64,000 bases of DNA from Lytechinus pictus. Taxonomy: Eukaryota. Below the pieces are notes generated by a model that was not told the origin of the DNA, ran no database searches, and saw only the letters and a list, made by a program, of their open reading frames with translations. The DNA is taken from positions 17,734,001-17,798,000 of the forward strand of contig NC_087251.1 of NCBI RefSeq assembly GCF_037042905.1, in the 5' to 3' direction. Of this stretch, positions 35,189 through 48,700 are shown piece after piece. Each line of letters opens with the position of its first letter. Position 1 is the stretch's first letter. The position numbers were made by a program, and so were the translations under genes.

Positions 35189-36757
35189 ATATATAATTTT
35201 AAAGCTTAGTATGTGGGTTTTTTTTTAAACTCAATCAAATTGTTAAAACTCACTTTGGGCAACTTATTGTTGGTTTTGGAGTGGCTGTCACATATTCATT
35301 TTATATCCTTCTTTTACATGTATAATATCCCTATAATTCTATTGAGAAAATATGTGACATATGTGCTCTATTCTTTATGATGGCTAAATCTAAAGTCTGG
35401 GTCTCAAATTGATTATGTAACACCAGTTCAGTTTTACCTGTGTTTAAAGATGGCTCAAGGGAAACAGAAAAAGTTGCCTATATAAACAGGTTTTCTTAAG
35501 TATGTATTCCAATGAGAAACAATAATCAAGGAAATAGCAACAAGTGGCCTTCCATGATAAGTTTCCTTTAGTATTACTCCAATAAATAAACATTAAGCTA
35601 AACAGACAATGGCGCCTTATATGAAGTGGCCATGGGAAACAGTGGGATTCTACAGCAAGTTTCACTGTTTTCCTTTATAGTCAAGAAAATGGATTAAAAA
35701 AAACAAGTGCATGAATTTATGAATTTCACTCCTGAAACCCACACTAACTAAAACAGATTCTTTTCAAGAGCATAAATTTCTATAATGTGATTTCTAATAT
35801 TTATGATATTCCTTTTCTATCAATGTATTTTCTTTACCTGTCAGTCAAGAATGAGGAAACTCCTGTGTTAAAAGCCAGTATACCACATCTACTTTGAACA
35901 GCACTATCTCAAGATCAACGAAACTTAAGCAGATCATGGTTCATTACAAAGGATGCAACATTTGATCTTATAGTCTTATTATATATATATATACACACAC
36001 AATAAATTAGGTAGACAAACTTTTTTGTGACAACTTTCATTCCACAATATTTGCAATATAATTAATTTCCAATTTACTTCCAATTGTTTTATGATAAGGT
36101 GAACATATCAAGACTATCAATAAAGCACATGTGCCTATGGGAGGATGACCACAGTGTCATTGAGCTACTTGTTGAAAGTTCCAATCTGAACAAGAGAAGA
36201 TGAAACTCTTTTTTAGAGAAAACTCACAATGCATAAATCGAGCACTCATATGTAAATTAATTGGATTGCAACTCTTTTTTTTAAAGAGCGAAACATGATT
36301 GAGAGCAAAATAAAGGAAAACACAATGCTTAAGTCAATTAGGTATACATTACCTACGAAGAAATTTATCTAAGATAATTTGTGGCAACAATTTACTGTTC
36401 CACAAATTTTCTCTTTTACACTATTCCAGGAATACACAAATTCAATAAATCAAAGTGTTACTGCTTTAGTGTATTGCCATAAAACATTTTTAAGTTTGAA
36501 AAGAATTTAAATATGACACAGAATATGATTCCACTTTTACAGCACTCCAATTTGGTATTCAAATTTCTTTACATGTATACATTCACAAGTCCAATGCCCT
36601 TAGCACATAGCTTAGTACTTATTCACAATGCTGACTTTTATACTTGATTTTCACTGATCATTATGTGCAGTCAAGCATTGAATTCAACTCATCTGTTTGC
36701 TAAGCTTTGTGTTACAGGCCCAATGTGACATTTTTTTTATTTCAAGACCTTACTATA

Positions 36758-39700
36758 TCAGAGGGTAATTTCTGAGACATCACTTATTGTCTCCCCTCCA
36801 TGCACCTCTCCTTCACTGACACTCTCCTCTTCCTTTTCATCCAACCCAGCAATAGAGGGCAGAGTAACTTGGAATGATCTCTGGGTCATACGCTCCTCCC
36901 TCCCTCTCATACCAGCTCCAACCTCCAGAGAGTCTTCAGAAAACATCCCGCTCGTCCCAAAGAGACTCGAGCCTCTCGGAACGGCACCAGAGGCGTTCAA
37001 TCCCGTGATGGAGTTGTTGGTCTGGCCGAGTAACCGCGATCCTTCAAGGTCGCTGGTAGCTCCGCCCACACCTCCTTCTGATTGGCTGAAGGTTTGGCTG
37101 AGGTAACCCGACTGGAGGTAGGCATCCATGTTCATAGCATCTGGTGTCATGGTACGTGTGCCTGGATCACTGAGCATGGTGGAGTATAAACCTGATCAAC
37201 AGACAAAAAACAATGAATGATGTGGTAAAAAGGTGGAAATCATGACCCAATAGCAAACAAACTTGGTTACACCGTGAATCTAAAATGTCAATGCAGTTAG
37301 CTGTTAGATATAAAGGAATCTGCCTTCAGATCACTTCAACTTAATGGCGGACATAACTGGGGGGTTTCCAAAGTAGAATAAAAGCACTTTCAATGAGTTA
37401 TGCAATGAACCAGGTGCGTTGCTATGTCAGTACAATTGCATACATTATCCTTTGTTAGGTATACTTGAAGCCTCCAAATTAGAAATTATCATAAATAACA
37501 GCATCCAAACTGAATTGGTCTATAGGCATAAGCAATATCGGTCTGTTTTCTGCTAAGGGGTCCTTATTACATGACATTGGATATTGCACATTTGGCATCA
37601 AAACAATCTATTCATATCAACTGGATAATATCTAGACTTATATTATTTAATAATGACATGTATGAAGAGGAGTAAGTTTTCTCTGAGAATTACAGAATGC
37701 AAAGAACAGAGAAGAATGTTTCCTACTACAATGAATATCTCATGTATAGTCAGGTAGAGTGACATCTTCTTACTTGGTGGTATTGGTCTATCTATGAGTG
37801 TACCTCCAGCAGTCATATCAGCCTCAGCCAAGTCTCCTTCTCCTTCCACTTCCTCATCCTCTACCTGTTCTGGAGACCTTTGCCTTCCAACCTGAATCAC
37901 CCTTGCTACCGGACTAGGTGCCACTATCGCCTGGGAGGAACTGGCCTTTGGAGAATGGGATAGGAAGCTTTGATTGGAAGGTACTTCATTCGTCCTGATG
38001 CCATCTCCTGCAGGTGAGACAGGTCGTTCTTGCTCTTCGCCGTTGCTTCCGATTTCACCAAGAGATCTTCTATGGTCCATAGCACCCTTAGGAGGCTTTG
38101 ACTGGTAGGCCTCCTGGTAGAGGAGACGCTCAGCAGGTGGCATGAGGCTTGGACGTTGTCCCTCACTCACCTCCCCTACGCTGCTGCTGCTTGCATTACT
38201 GATGCTGTGTGGGGAGGAGGTAGCGCTTGGTTGCATTCCTACAGGATGAGGAACACCAGAGGGCACTTGGCGAAGCCTAGAGAGGAGGGCTACAACCGGA
38301 TCTCTGGTCAGCTTTAGACGGTTTGGGTCAACCTCACCTTCACTCCTGGGTTCCTCCTTAGAAGATAAACGATACAAAAAAATTGAGGAAAATCAATACC
38401 CTTAAACTGCAAGCAAGGCACCTGTGATAAATTGGAACACAATTGATAGACTTAATTGCAATTGCTAATCCAAATTGTTTACCAGTTCAATGATGAAAAT
38501 ACAGGTATAACTTTATCCAATGATGACGATGATTCACAGCACTGTAAGGAGCTGAAAATCCGTTTTTAAATTAACATAGAAAGGATTGAATCATTTATAT
38601 AAGGCAGTGAATGAGGTGAAATAAAAGAAAGAGAGGTAGATAAATGAAGATTACTAACTTTTACACACTATAATAGTGAAAGCATACCTGGTCTTTATCA
38701 GGGTCAGTTGGTCCTTTGACAGTGCTGGTTGTACTGCTCTGTGAACTCTCATCAAATGCTTCCATCTCTGGAACACCTGAGAAATTTTGAGGCAAAAACA
38801 ATATTATTCACTTCATTCAGTATTTGTTGATTTTTTTTTCTTTAAAGGCAACCCACATCCCAAAACTTTATGATGTACAGTAAGTAGACCCCCTAAGCGG
38901 ATTTGTTCAATACAATTGACACAACACTATTGCATTAATGATATGGAAAAGTTGAGGATATCATACAATATAGTGTGCAAATAATTTTATGTGGTGAAGA
39001 TGATGGGACACACCATTACTTTTTAGGTAATGTGGGACTTGTTTCATGAAGCAAATTCATTGACTATTGTTATAAACTATTTTCGGTAGGTAGAATATAA
39101 CACATTTAAACTAGAAAATTTTCGCAAGATTGTCTCTCACCAAATAGGGTTTCATCTGGTACCCTTCCCTCTTCCCTCTCACTGACAAGCCATTCTCCCT
39201 CAGATATATCCCTCCCCGTAGTCTGCGTAATGGTAGAGTCCGGAGGTGTTGACTCGGTAGTGGTGGAAGATTCCACACTGGGTGGAGCAGGGGTGGCAGC
39301 TTTGGGAGGGACAGGTAGAGGAGATGGTGTAGGGGATGGAAGACGTGGCTCGGGACTAAAATAAAAGTAGGAAATTAAAAAATACTCGCAAATGAAAGTT
39401 TGGGTAATAGCACAAATACACTCGTAGATGGAAGCATGTGACACACAACCATATTTTAGTTATTGATTGATTCATGTTTAACCTAGCAGGTTTCGAACAA
39501 TCCTACGGAATGAGATACATCAGGCAAGTCATTATGGTATTACATTGAAGTCACTGTAGACAACAGATTCATTTGGCTGTTTCATGATTAATATGAACTA
39601 GAAATAATCTTGAATTAAAGCAGCTAAGAATCTTATACCTCTTTTAACAAACTGACAGAGTTTTACTTACAGTCGTGTATTTTCAAATTATTTGTAGGGT

Positions 39701-42700
39701 ATGGGCCAAAGTCCACTCAATATCTATCTGCCACTTACAATTAGCACAAGCAATGGGCCAAGAATTCCCAAAATTTTTGCATGGTCAAAAGTTAAAAGTA
39801 TGACACACACTGAAACTTGTAATAACAATGGCAATTGCTCCTTTTTAGGCCAATTTATTGAAAGCATTTATGTTAAAGAGGTACAGATCCTCAGTAAATA
39901 TCTGAATGTAATCTAACTTGGTATGGACTTTGTTTTATCATGGGCCAAACTTGGAAGAATTGCATAAAATATTATGATCAACCCACCTTGGAGTACGCAA
40001 AGTCGTCTGGAAAGTATCCTCTTCTGGTTCTGATGCTACCGGACTCCTTGGCTCTGGGGTAGGAGTAGGTGTAACCATGGGCTCAGAGGGTACACCTACC
40101 AAGGGTGTGGGAGAGGATGGGGGTGAAGGGACCGGTGTCTGGGGCTCCTCCCCTGGAATTTGGGGTGGTGATTGGATGCTGACTGGGGGTGGGGTGGTGG
40201 GAGGGGTTGTGACAGCTTCTGGGCCTGGTGCAGCAATAGTGTTTGCCTCTGGTGAAAGGAAGGTGAGAAATAAAACATCTTGATTAATGTTAAGAAGACC
40301 AAGTAGAAAGTAGAAGCATATGTAGTATTAAAAGTATTACCTAATAAGTAGGACCTTTCAAAAGTTCATGAGGGACATATATTATGGCACAATGACAGTC
40401 AATCTACAATTTCTTGCTTTTCTCTCAAGTCAATGTATTTGCACTCAAAACATTACATGACAAGTATCACTTCGTTTTAGCCCCTTTCAGGAGAAATATT
40501 ATTATTATCAATAATATTATTATCCCATTTGGGATTTCAACAAAAGCCATTTACAAGACAACACATAAAGACAAAATGAATAGATGATGTGTACAATACA
40601 GCGCCATTTTACCTGAGAAAAGAGAAAGTAGCATAAAAAGTTTTTTTCCTCCAAATTCTGAACATTTGAAATCTCCTCACCTTCTTTGGAAGTATCTGAA
40701 TCTTTCATGAGATCTTTCCAGCTCTCTGTCTCAGACTCTGCTCCTCCTGATGCTGCCTCAGCTTCCCCTACCTCACTAGCCTCTGGGGTAGGGATTCGAT
40801 CCCTGGGGGTGGGGGATGGCTCCCTGGACAGAACTACAATGGGTGAGGCGGGTGGGGTTGGCTCTGGGGTGGGGATGGGTGAATGCCGGCCTAACTGCAA
40901 GTAAAAACATTAAATGGCAAGGTTGAGTGAGGATACACTTTCTTAATACTAATTTCTCTGTTAACTAGAGCAGCCTTCTGAATATATCAATCTTTCAAGC
41001 CTCGATTCTAAAAAAATTATACTTGGTGTATCCTATAAGAAATATTAATTACTAATGGGATATGTGTCAATTTAAGTTCAAAGTTTTCCTTACATACTGA
41101 TAAAATGAAAGTACATCAAATAATTTCACTTAAAATCAAAGCAAAAATTAATTAATTTGAATTGTAGCAAAATGTACACTTAGCCCGAAAATGTGTGAAA
41201 GTATTACATCTGCATATTTCAACTTTGGTATGCAATAAATGCAATCAAGACCCAAATTGGCTGGTGATATTCCAATCTTTTGTAAAGCTGTAGGCACCTT
41301 GACAAACAGTATTAAACCACAGCCCATGACCAATATGCAATATGCATAACAAACATCCAGATAAACTAGAACCATTATGGCACATCATTCCCTTCATATC
41401 AATGCATCATCTATATACTTACAGGCTGTGGGGTAGGCTGTCTGGCATCTTGAGCAGTCGGCATGGCAACAGATGACCTTTCTCTTTGATGTTGACCTAG
41501 ACACAGGGAGATCTTTTCTTCCAGAACCTTCTGGACGAGACTATTCACTAGGGTGGGGTCTACTGGTTGTCCAGCATCCACAAAAAACTGCAGACCCCCT
41601 CCACCAAGTGCACCAACTACGGAAATAAAGGGGAAAAAGTAGTTGCATGTGTTGCTGAAATTTATGGTGAAATATATTCATGAGTAAAGTAAAATGTTTA
41701 CGAAAATGTTATAAAACATTTGCTGCTTAATTCGTTGAAAGTTTTAGTTGGGCAGCTCTTCACTTTTCAATTGGGTCATGTTGTAGTGGATGTGTCTACG
41801 GATGCAGAGCTCAAAGTGTTGGGTTTGAATCCCACTGTGGTATAAAGACACTGATCTACATTCCCAACACCACGTCACGTAAAGAAAATGGGTACGCGAC
41901 AGAATCATAGACTGGCTAGAGCCCTTAATTTGCAGCCATGTTATTAAGCATGGAAACAATTCTGTGTTGCAGTCCCAGCATTATGTAGGATCCAGAGAAT
42001 CCTCTAGGATGATAAGGCACCTTGTCAAGAGTTTCCAATCATCAAAGTTCATCATGGACAACATAACAGGGAATACCAGAATGCCGCGATGAAGATTCAT
42101 AAAAGATGGATTCCTGTTAGAAGACTTTTGACAAGTTGCCTGAGTAAATCCCTGTAAATCACTATATCAAATTTGTTTGTGGAGTATATATCTAATGATG
42201 ACCATAAGTTCAGGACATACTTAAAAATATTATTTACAACAGGTCCTTTTGTACATAATAGAGGTATTTGCTATCATTACATATATGACAAAAAGTAGAA
42301 ACCCCTACACTGGCTGAAAAGTAACATCCATAAATTCTTGAGAACACCCTTTAATAATCTTACCAACATGATCCGAGTTTTCTGAGGATGATGGACTAAC
42401 AGGCCTGGCTTCATGACTGGTGCTTGGCTGTTGATGTCTCTCTGACTGCCTAAGATGAGTCCCACTTATTAATCGAGACATCAACTCTTGCTCAACCCTG
42501 CAAATAAATCAGAATATAAAATTATTTCTCCTCTGATCTATGTTTATTTCTTTTCATGATATATATATATATATTTGTTTAATGACTTTCATGTTCATAT
42601 TTTTTCCAAGCATTACAAACAACATAAATTTCAGATTGTGAAATGCATAAATGATAAGTACAAATTTTCAAGAAATAAAAGAACATATTTTCAAGAAATA

Positions 42701-45700
42701 AAAGAACATAAAGATACTCTCGACAATCTGTATCTGTGTCAAAGGGGTCATGTTTGCTTAAGAGATACAATTTACAAAGAAATCAAAAGGAAATATGTGA
42801 ATGGAAATAGCAAGGTGACTGATAAACTATACATTAAGGGGTGGTTTGGAAAAGCCTCTGTCACTTGGATGTACAAAAATAAAGTCAGGTGGGTATTTCA
42901 TCAAAAGTCAAGGCTGTGCCTTTCCACAAGCAGCTTTTCATTGGAATTACTTTCTTTCTCTTCCCTTCTTTTCACTTTTTTTTAAAGACTTAAATCTATA
43001 TTTTTCATTGGAATAACTTTCTTTCTCTCCCCTTCTTTTCACTTTTTTTAAAGACTTAAATCTATATTTGTGATATGCAGTATTAATGAAGGAACCATTC
43101 ATTACCAGTCTACTGCTCTTGTCTGGAGCATCTCCATGCGTCTGATACCCTCTGCTAGCTGACCTGATGATGACTGGATACCAGCTAATGGGGGTTGGGA
43201 TGGGGGTAACTGCTGGGGTGGAAATGGTGGACCGTGGTAGGAGGGTTGTCTTGCTGCATGCATTCCTTCCATTGAGATACCAGGGATCTCTGGTGATGAG
43301 GGTTCCTCTTCCTCCTCCTGTTCTTCTTCAGGTGGCTGAATAGAATGTCAAAATAGAGTCAAGGTATGACTTCAAACACAATCATTTATAGTACATTTTT
43401 ATTTTTATGTCAAATTGTATCTATCGTCATATTGTATATTCATTTGTATATTTGTCATATTGTGCATAAATTGCTTTGATGTTGAATTGAGTTCAAATAA
43501 ACAAACAAAACTAGAACTTGAACTTTCATTCAACATGTATTGTAGAGGCTTACTGATACATCATGCATTCTTCCTTAGACCATGAGTGGTCCTGCAAAGG
43601 ACCTACTACCAACATATTTCTCTTCAAAATTCATACATCCTGCTATACTTAAAATATGGCAAAAAGAAGCTGCTGAAAACTGCTTATCTAATAAAAGAGA
43701 GCCAATGGAGTAAATTACAAAGTCAAAAGGGGTCTAAGCTTTTGATCCTAGCAGAATATAAATGGTATGGTATTTATTATATCATGCATCGCAGTAACAA
43801 AGACTGAATTGCACATGGATATACAATATTAAAATGTACAGTCTCAAAACAGTGGAATTATTTACATAATTAAAAAGTACACATATATCACAAACTGAAT
43901 GCAATAAATAACATACTACTGCGTATTAAACCATACATATTACTTACGATAAAAAAGTAATGTAAAACACACCCATAATTAAAACAACAAAGAGGAAGAA
44001 GAAGAAAAGGAATAAGAAAACGAAGAAGAGGAGAGAAAAAAAAGAAGAAGAAGAAAAGAAAAAGAAGAAAAGAAGAGGGAGAAGGAGAAGGGGGAGAAGA
44101 AGGAGGAGGAGAAGAAGATGGAGAAGAAGAAGAAGAAAAAGAAAAAGAAGAAAAAGAAGCAGAAGAAGAAGAGAAAAAAAGAAGAAAAGAAGAAGAAGAA
44201 AAGAAAAGGGAGGAGAAGGGGGAGAAGGAGAAGATGGAGAAGAAGAGGGAGAAGGGGAAGGGGGAGAAGAACAAGGAGAAGAAGGAGGAGGAGAAGAAGA
44301 TGGAGAAGAAGAAGAAGAATAAGAAGAAGAATAAAAAAGAGGGAGAAGGAGGAGGAGGAAAAAAGGAAGATGAAGAGATGCTATAAAATAATTAAAAAAA
44401 ACTTATGCACATCTGATCCCCATGTTTCTATATTTCTATTTCACTCCACCAACTGATCAAACCATAGAAAGCAGACAAATAATTTCAGGAAGGCCCACCA
44501 TATAGGGCATCAAACATTCATTATTTTTTTTTTAATGTTCATGTCAATTTAAGTTTTAACAAATAGAATATATTAATTGTTGGATCTCAAAAAGATTCCA
44601 CAATATTTAGTATTGAAATATAAAGAGAAACTAACCTTTGCACTTGCTAGTCTGCTCTCTTCAGTCACTTGGCCATGGGATGGTATGTCCTGTATATCAC
44701 ATAGAATAAAGATGGGTAAAAGAGCTTTTTCACAGTCACCATCATTACAAATACTTCTTACACATTTATATCAAAATCATTCTTAAATTTTCACTATTAG
44801 AATACCATATGAAAAGCACGTTGTGAACACATAAGGTGCATTGATATCATATGCATGTTGATAAGGAGTTTAAATTTTTATATAATAAATAAATAATCTT
44901 TTCTAAACATTCCAAATCATAAGGTTCTAATACTAGAATAATGGTGTTGTGTAAAATATAAGTCATATGCAGTATATTTACAATTCTTCTCAAAATACTA
45001 GATATGGAATATGAAGTTTAAAAACAAGTAGACTTACAGGTGTTAAAATATCACATTCATTACAAGATAGACAAAAACATGTACCTTGTCTAGCCGATTA
45101 GGTTGTTGTGTTCCAGGGGAAGCCCTTTCTTGAGATGGAGCTGGAGTAGCTGGAATGGAATCGATGTCCACATTGGGTAATCTCTGAATAGAAAAGAAAG
45201 ATATAAAAAAAGATATCCACCGATATAAATAATATATGCAAATCATCTTTATCAAAAACAGAAATATACGAACAAATACAGAAGAATAATAATATTGAAC
45301 CAAGGTCCATGGAACGATGAATCACTACGGGAGAACAGTTCAAAGATTCCTTGTGTGAGATATTGTTGTTGTGGTAAATAAAAAAGTTATCTAAGCTTTA
45401 CTACAATTTTTACTATGAGAATGAAAGTGAATACTCAGTAAAAGTGACAGTCACATTTATGAACAAAATTGATATTGAAAGGCATATTGTCTTCATCTTT
45501 CACAGGCAGTTGATAATGTGCTGACCCCAGGGTAATTGAAAGAATCAGCAGGTGGAGCACAGCTAACTCACTCTCCCATCTCTGCATCAGGAATCTGTTC
45601 AGGAAAGTGAGATGATAACTTTACAATATGTGGAAAAAGTTTTGGATATACAGTGCAAGGCATCACATTGGTTTATAAGAAAACTTTTTCTACCCTGGAT

Positions 45701-48700
45701 GATGGACAACAGCTGTTACATGATAGCCATCCTAATATGAAATAAAATTAAGTCAAATGAAAGTTAAATATAATATGCCAAATAGAGGTACATTAAACAC
45801 ACATGTACATTGCACATTCCATGATATCTCAACTCACCTGCACAGTAAGGTCCTGTTTCTTGGTTTCCTCCTTGTTCTCTTCCTCATTCCTGACATCGAT
45901 CAATGCCACGTTGGGCAACTCTACCGGTCTAGCAGGTGACCCTCTCCCATCACTGATAATGGTAACAGGATGGGCCATCCCTACCCCTAACCTTGGCTCT
46001 CTAAGGGGTATGGCCATGGGGATGAGCTGGCCGTCTGCTGGACTGGTGTGCTGGGTGGGGCCAGGACCCGTTGGGTAGGGGTTGAAGTAGTACTGGGGTC
46101 CAGAGGTAAAGGGTAATTGGGTTCCTACCCCTGCACTCCTAAGTGTCTCTGCTTGCGGTCTGTTTGGTCTTTGGGCTATGGTGTTCAAGATATCAAAGAG
46201 ATGAATGGCAAATTTGTGTTGAGATTAGTTGCCAAGGAATTCTGCCATAAATGTACTAGAAATTGAATAAAGTTTAAAAGTGATTTTTTTTTGTACAATG
46301 CTAGTCTTGTACTTACATTTTTAATGCCATGAGCAACATGCCTGATAGACTTGAGTGCTCTATTTCAATTTGCTGCCATCAGCATAATAATAATATCATT
46401 ATCAACAGTATCATGATCAACATCACCAATGCCATCTTAATGGTCATCATCATCATCATTGTAATCATCATCATCACCATCACAACTATCATTGTCATCG
46501 TCATCATCATCATTACCAAAATCATCATCATGAACTCCTCTCTTAACAATATCATACTTGTATAAATTGCATAAATAGAATTGATGATACAGAGATATAG
46601 AGGCATAGACAAGCATGAACAGAGAGAGAAAGAGACTTGTACCATGAACAGGAGAGGCATGATGAGCAGCCATCTTCTTAGTCTTTGTAGGCGTCCGGTT
46701 GGCAAAGTGGAGATAGGGTGCATCCTTCAATGTTGACCTTTGTGACTGGAGACGGGTGTGGCCATAGATGTGTTTCAGATAACGTTCATCATCCTGCTGT
46801 GTACTTCTTGGTTTGGAAGCTGGTTGGGGCTATGGAGAGAATAAATCAGAACAAGTAACATTAGGTTTATAACTCTATCTGGCATAAAAACATTTGTTTT
46901 GTGTGAAGGATGCTACTACGAAGATAAAATAAAAAATTGAACGATCTCTGCTTACATCATTACTGATGTTTGATTGGTCATCCAGGTTTTATGACTATTT
47001 GAATAATTACCCTACGATAATATTAATAGAAATTGTACTCTCTTTTTTAGCAAATAAACAACAAATTCATAAGTAATTAATTGGAAAAGAAAAAATATTG
47101 TGTTCAAAATAAGGATATTTACTGGAGATTTTGGGACAGTTGTTCTTTCTCTCAAGTTCTCCTTGTTCCTTTCAGTCACATCCTCTACTTGCTCCTCCTC
47201 CTTTCTAGGTTTGCGTAAACCTGTGTCTATCTTCGCCTGGACCTTCTTCTTGCCAAACTTCCCAAGGACTTGCCCAGCTGATTGTTGGCCAACTGGCTTT
47301 CTTGTAGGAGGTTGTTGGCCTTTTGGCAGTAGAAGGTGTGGTCTTTGAGAGCTTTTGTCTGGAAGAAGCTTAGTTGGAGGTGATTGGCGACCACTTGGTT
47401 TGCTGATGTGATGTCTTCCTTGATGAAGTTCTCTCTGTGGGATGCATACAATAAGAAAGTACAAATAAAATTTGTATACAGGCAGTATTTTTCATTTTTC
47501 TTTATTAACCACATGCATACCTGCCAACCTTTGGTAATAAAAAATCAGTATCAAAGTTCCGAGGGCACCGAGCGGGTGTCCGGTCCGCTCCAACGGTATA
47601 GGGACTCTTTGCATTTTCAGCATGTAAAAGTAGCATTTCCCTACACTTTTTAAAGCAAATTTACCCTCATTACCACACCAGAGGATGACCTACATGTAGG
47701 GTCTACCTTTATTTATCAATTCAAAATTTAAAAAAAGTCTTTAAAATATCACTTTTGTGACATATAAACCACCCAGTTTCATTCAGGTGTGATATATCTA
47801 TATAGATTTAGGGATAATTTTTCTTGTTCATCAGAGCTCTCTAAAAACTTTGATTTTGAGCATATTTTTGTGAGGCCCTCTATTGGTGGAAAGTGAGATT
47901 GATGCAGATCTTCATCTCCACACATTCTATTTTCAATTAGACAAAAAAATAATTTCAAGATTTTATGATGAATTTAGATTTAAGTTATCCCTACTGTATT
48001 AAAAACTTACGAGCCAAAAAATCAAACATTTATTATCCAGCCTATCAATCATGAATCAAGAGAAAATAAGCCAAACATTGACATTGTCTTATTCATGTTA
48101 TTTCACCACACTGGGGTTACTGACTGAGGACAAGGTTATATCATAACCTACATTTGATAAGTGCTTGTTGGTAGAAGAAAGCAGATTTTCAACCATGACA
48201 AAAACGGAGCCGAAACTAACGGCTGCATGCGCCTGACCCGCACCCACCACTGCACTTGCGGTGCGCTGGTATAAGACGGGGAGGCTGAGGCGCAGCCACT
48301 GGGCGGGCGCCGGGAGTTCAGGCATGGTTTAGGAAAGCGAAGCAAGTAAAGTAGATTTGGCGTTCGGCTCCGAAGGCTCAACCCGAGATCGAAAGTTGAT
48401 CATCTTTCTTCCTCAAAAAATTGACAATTATTCGAAAAATAAAGTACAGATCAATGTTAAAATTGCGTAGGGATAGATCTAACTTAATTGCGTCGGTACG
48501 CGGCCGGCGAGCGGGGGCCGGTGTTCAACGACCTGCCGTTCATATCATCAGCAGACTCAGCGATATACCACTGTAATCACCAACACACTCTAGATATGTA
48601 CGATACATCACTAACTCACTCCCACACTACAAAATCATTCGGCGACATGGGCAAAAACCTCAAATAAAAAGTGAAATTTTCTTACCTAAATCACCTTGTT

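Noticed and set aside
41784..41900. Possible degenerate plus-strand SINE head
   Set aside because: Only a weak B-box-like GGTTTGAATCCC; too decayed to call.
42575..42985. 136-aa plus-strand ORF
   Set aside because: AT-rich intronic sequence with local tandem duplications, a non-ATG start and no recognisable motif.
43888..44456. 128-aa and 112-aa (K/R-rich, protamine-like) ORFs
   Set aside because: Artefacts of a (GAA/GGA)n tract inside an intron.
46329..46640. Poly-I/M/D ORFs
   Set aside because: Derived from the (CAT)n microsatellite; only 46643-46829 is a real exon.
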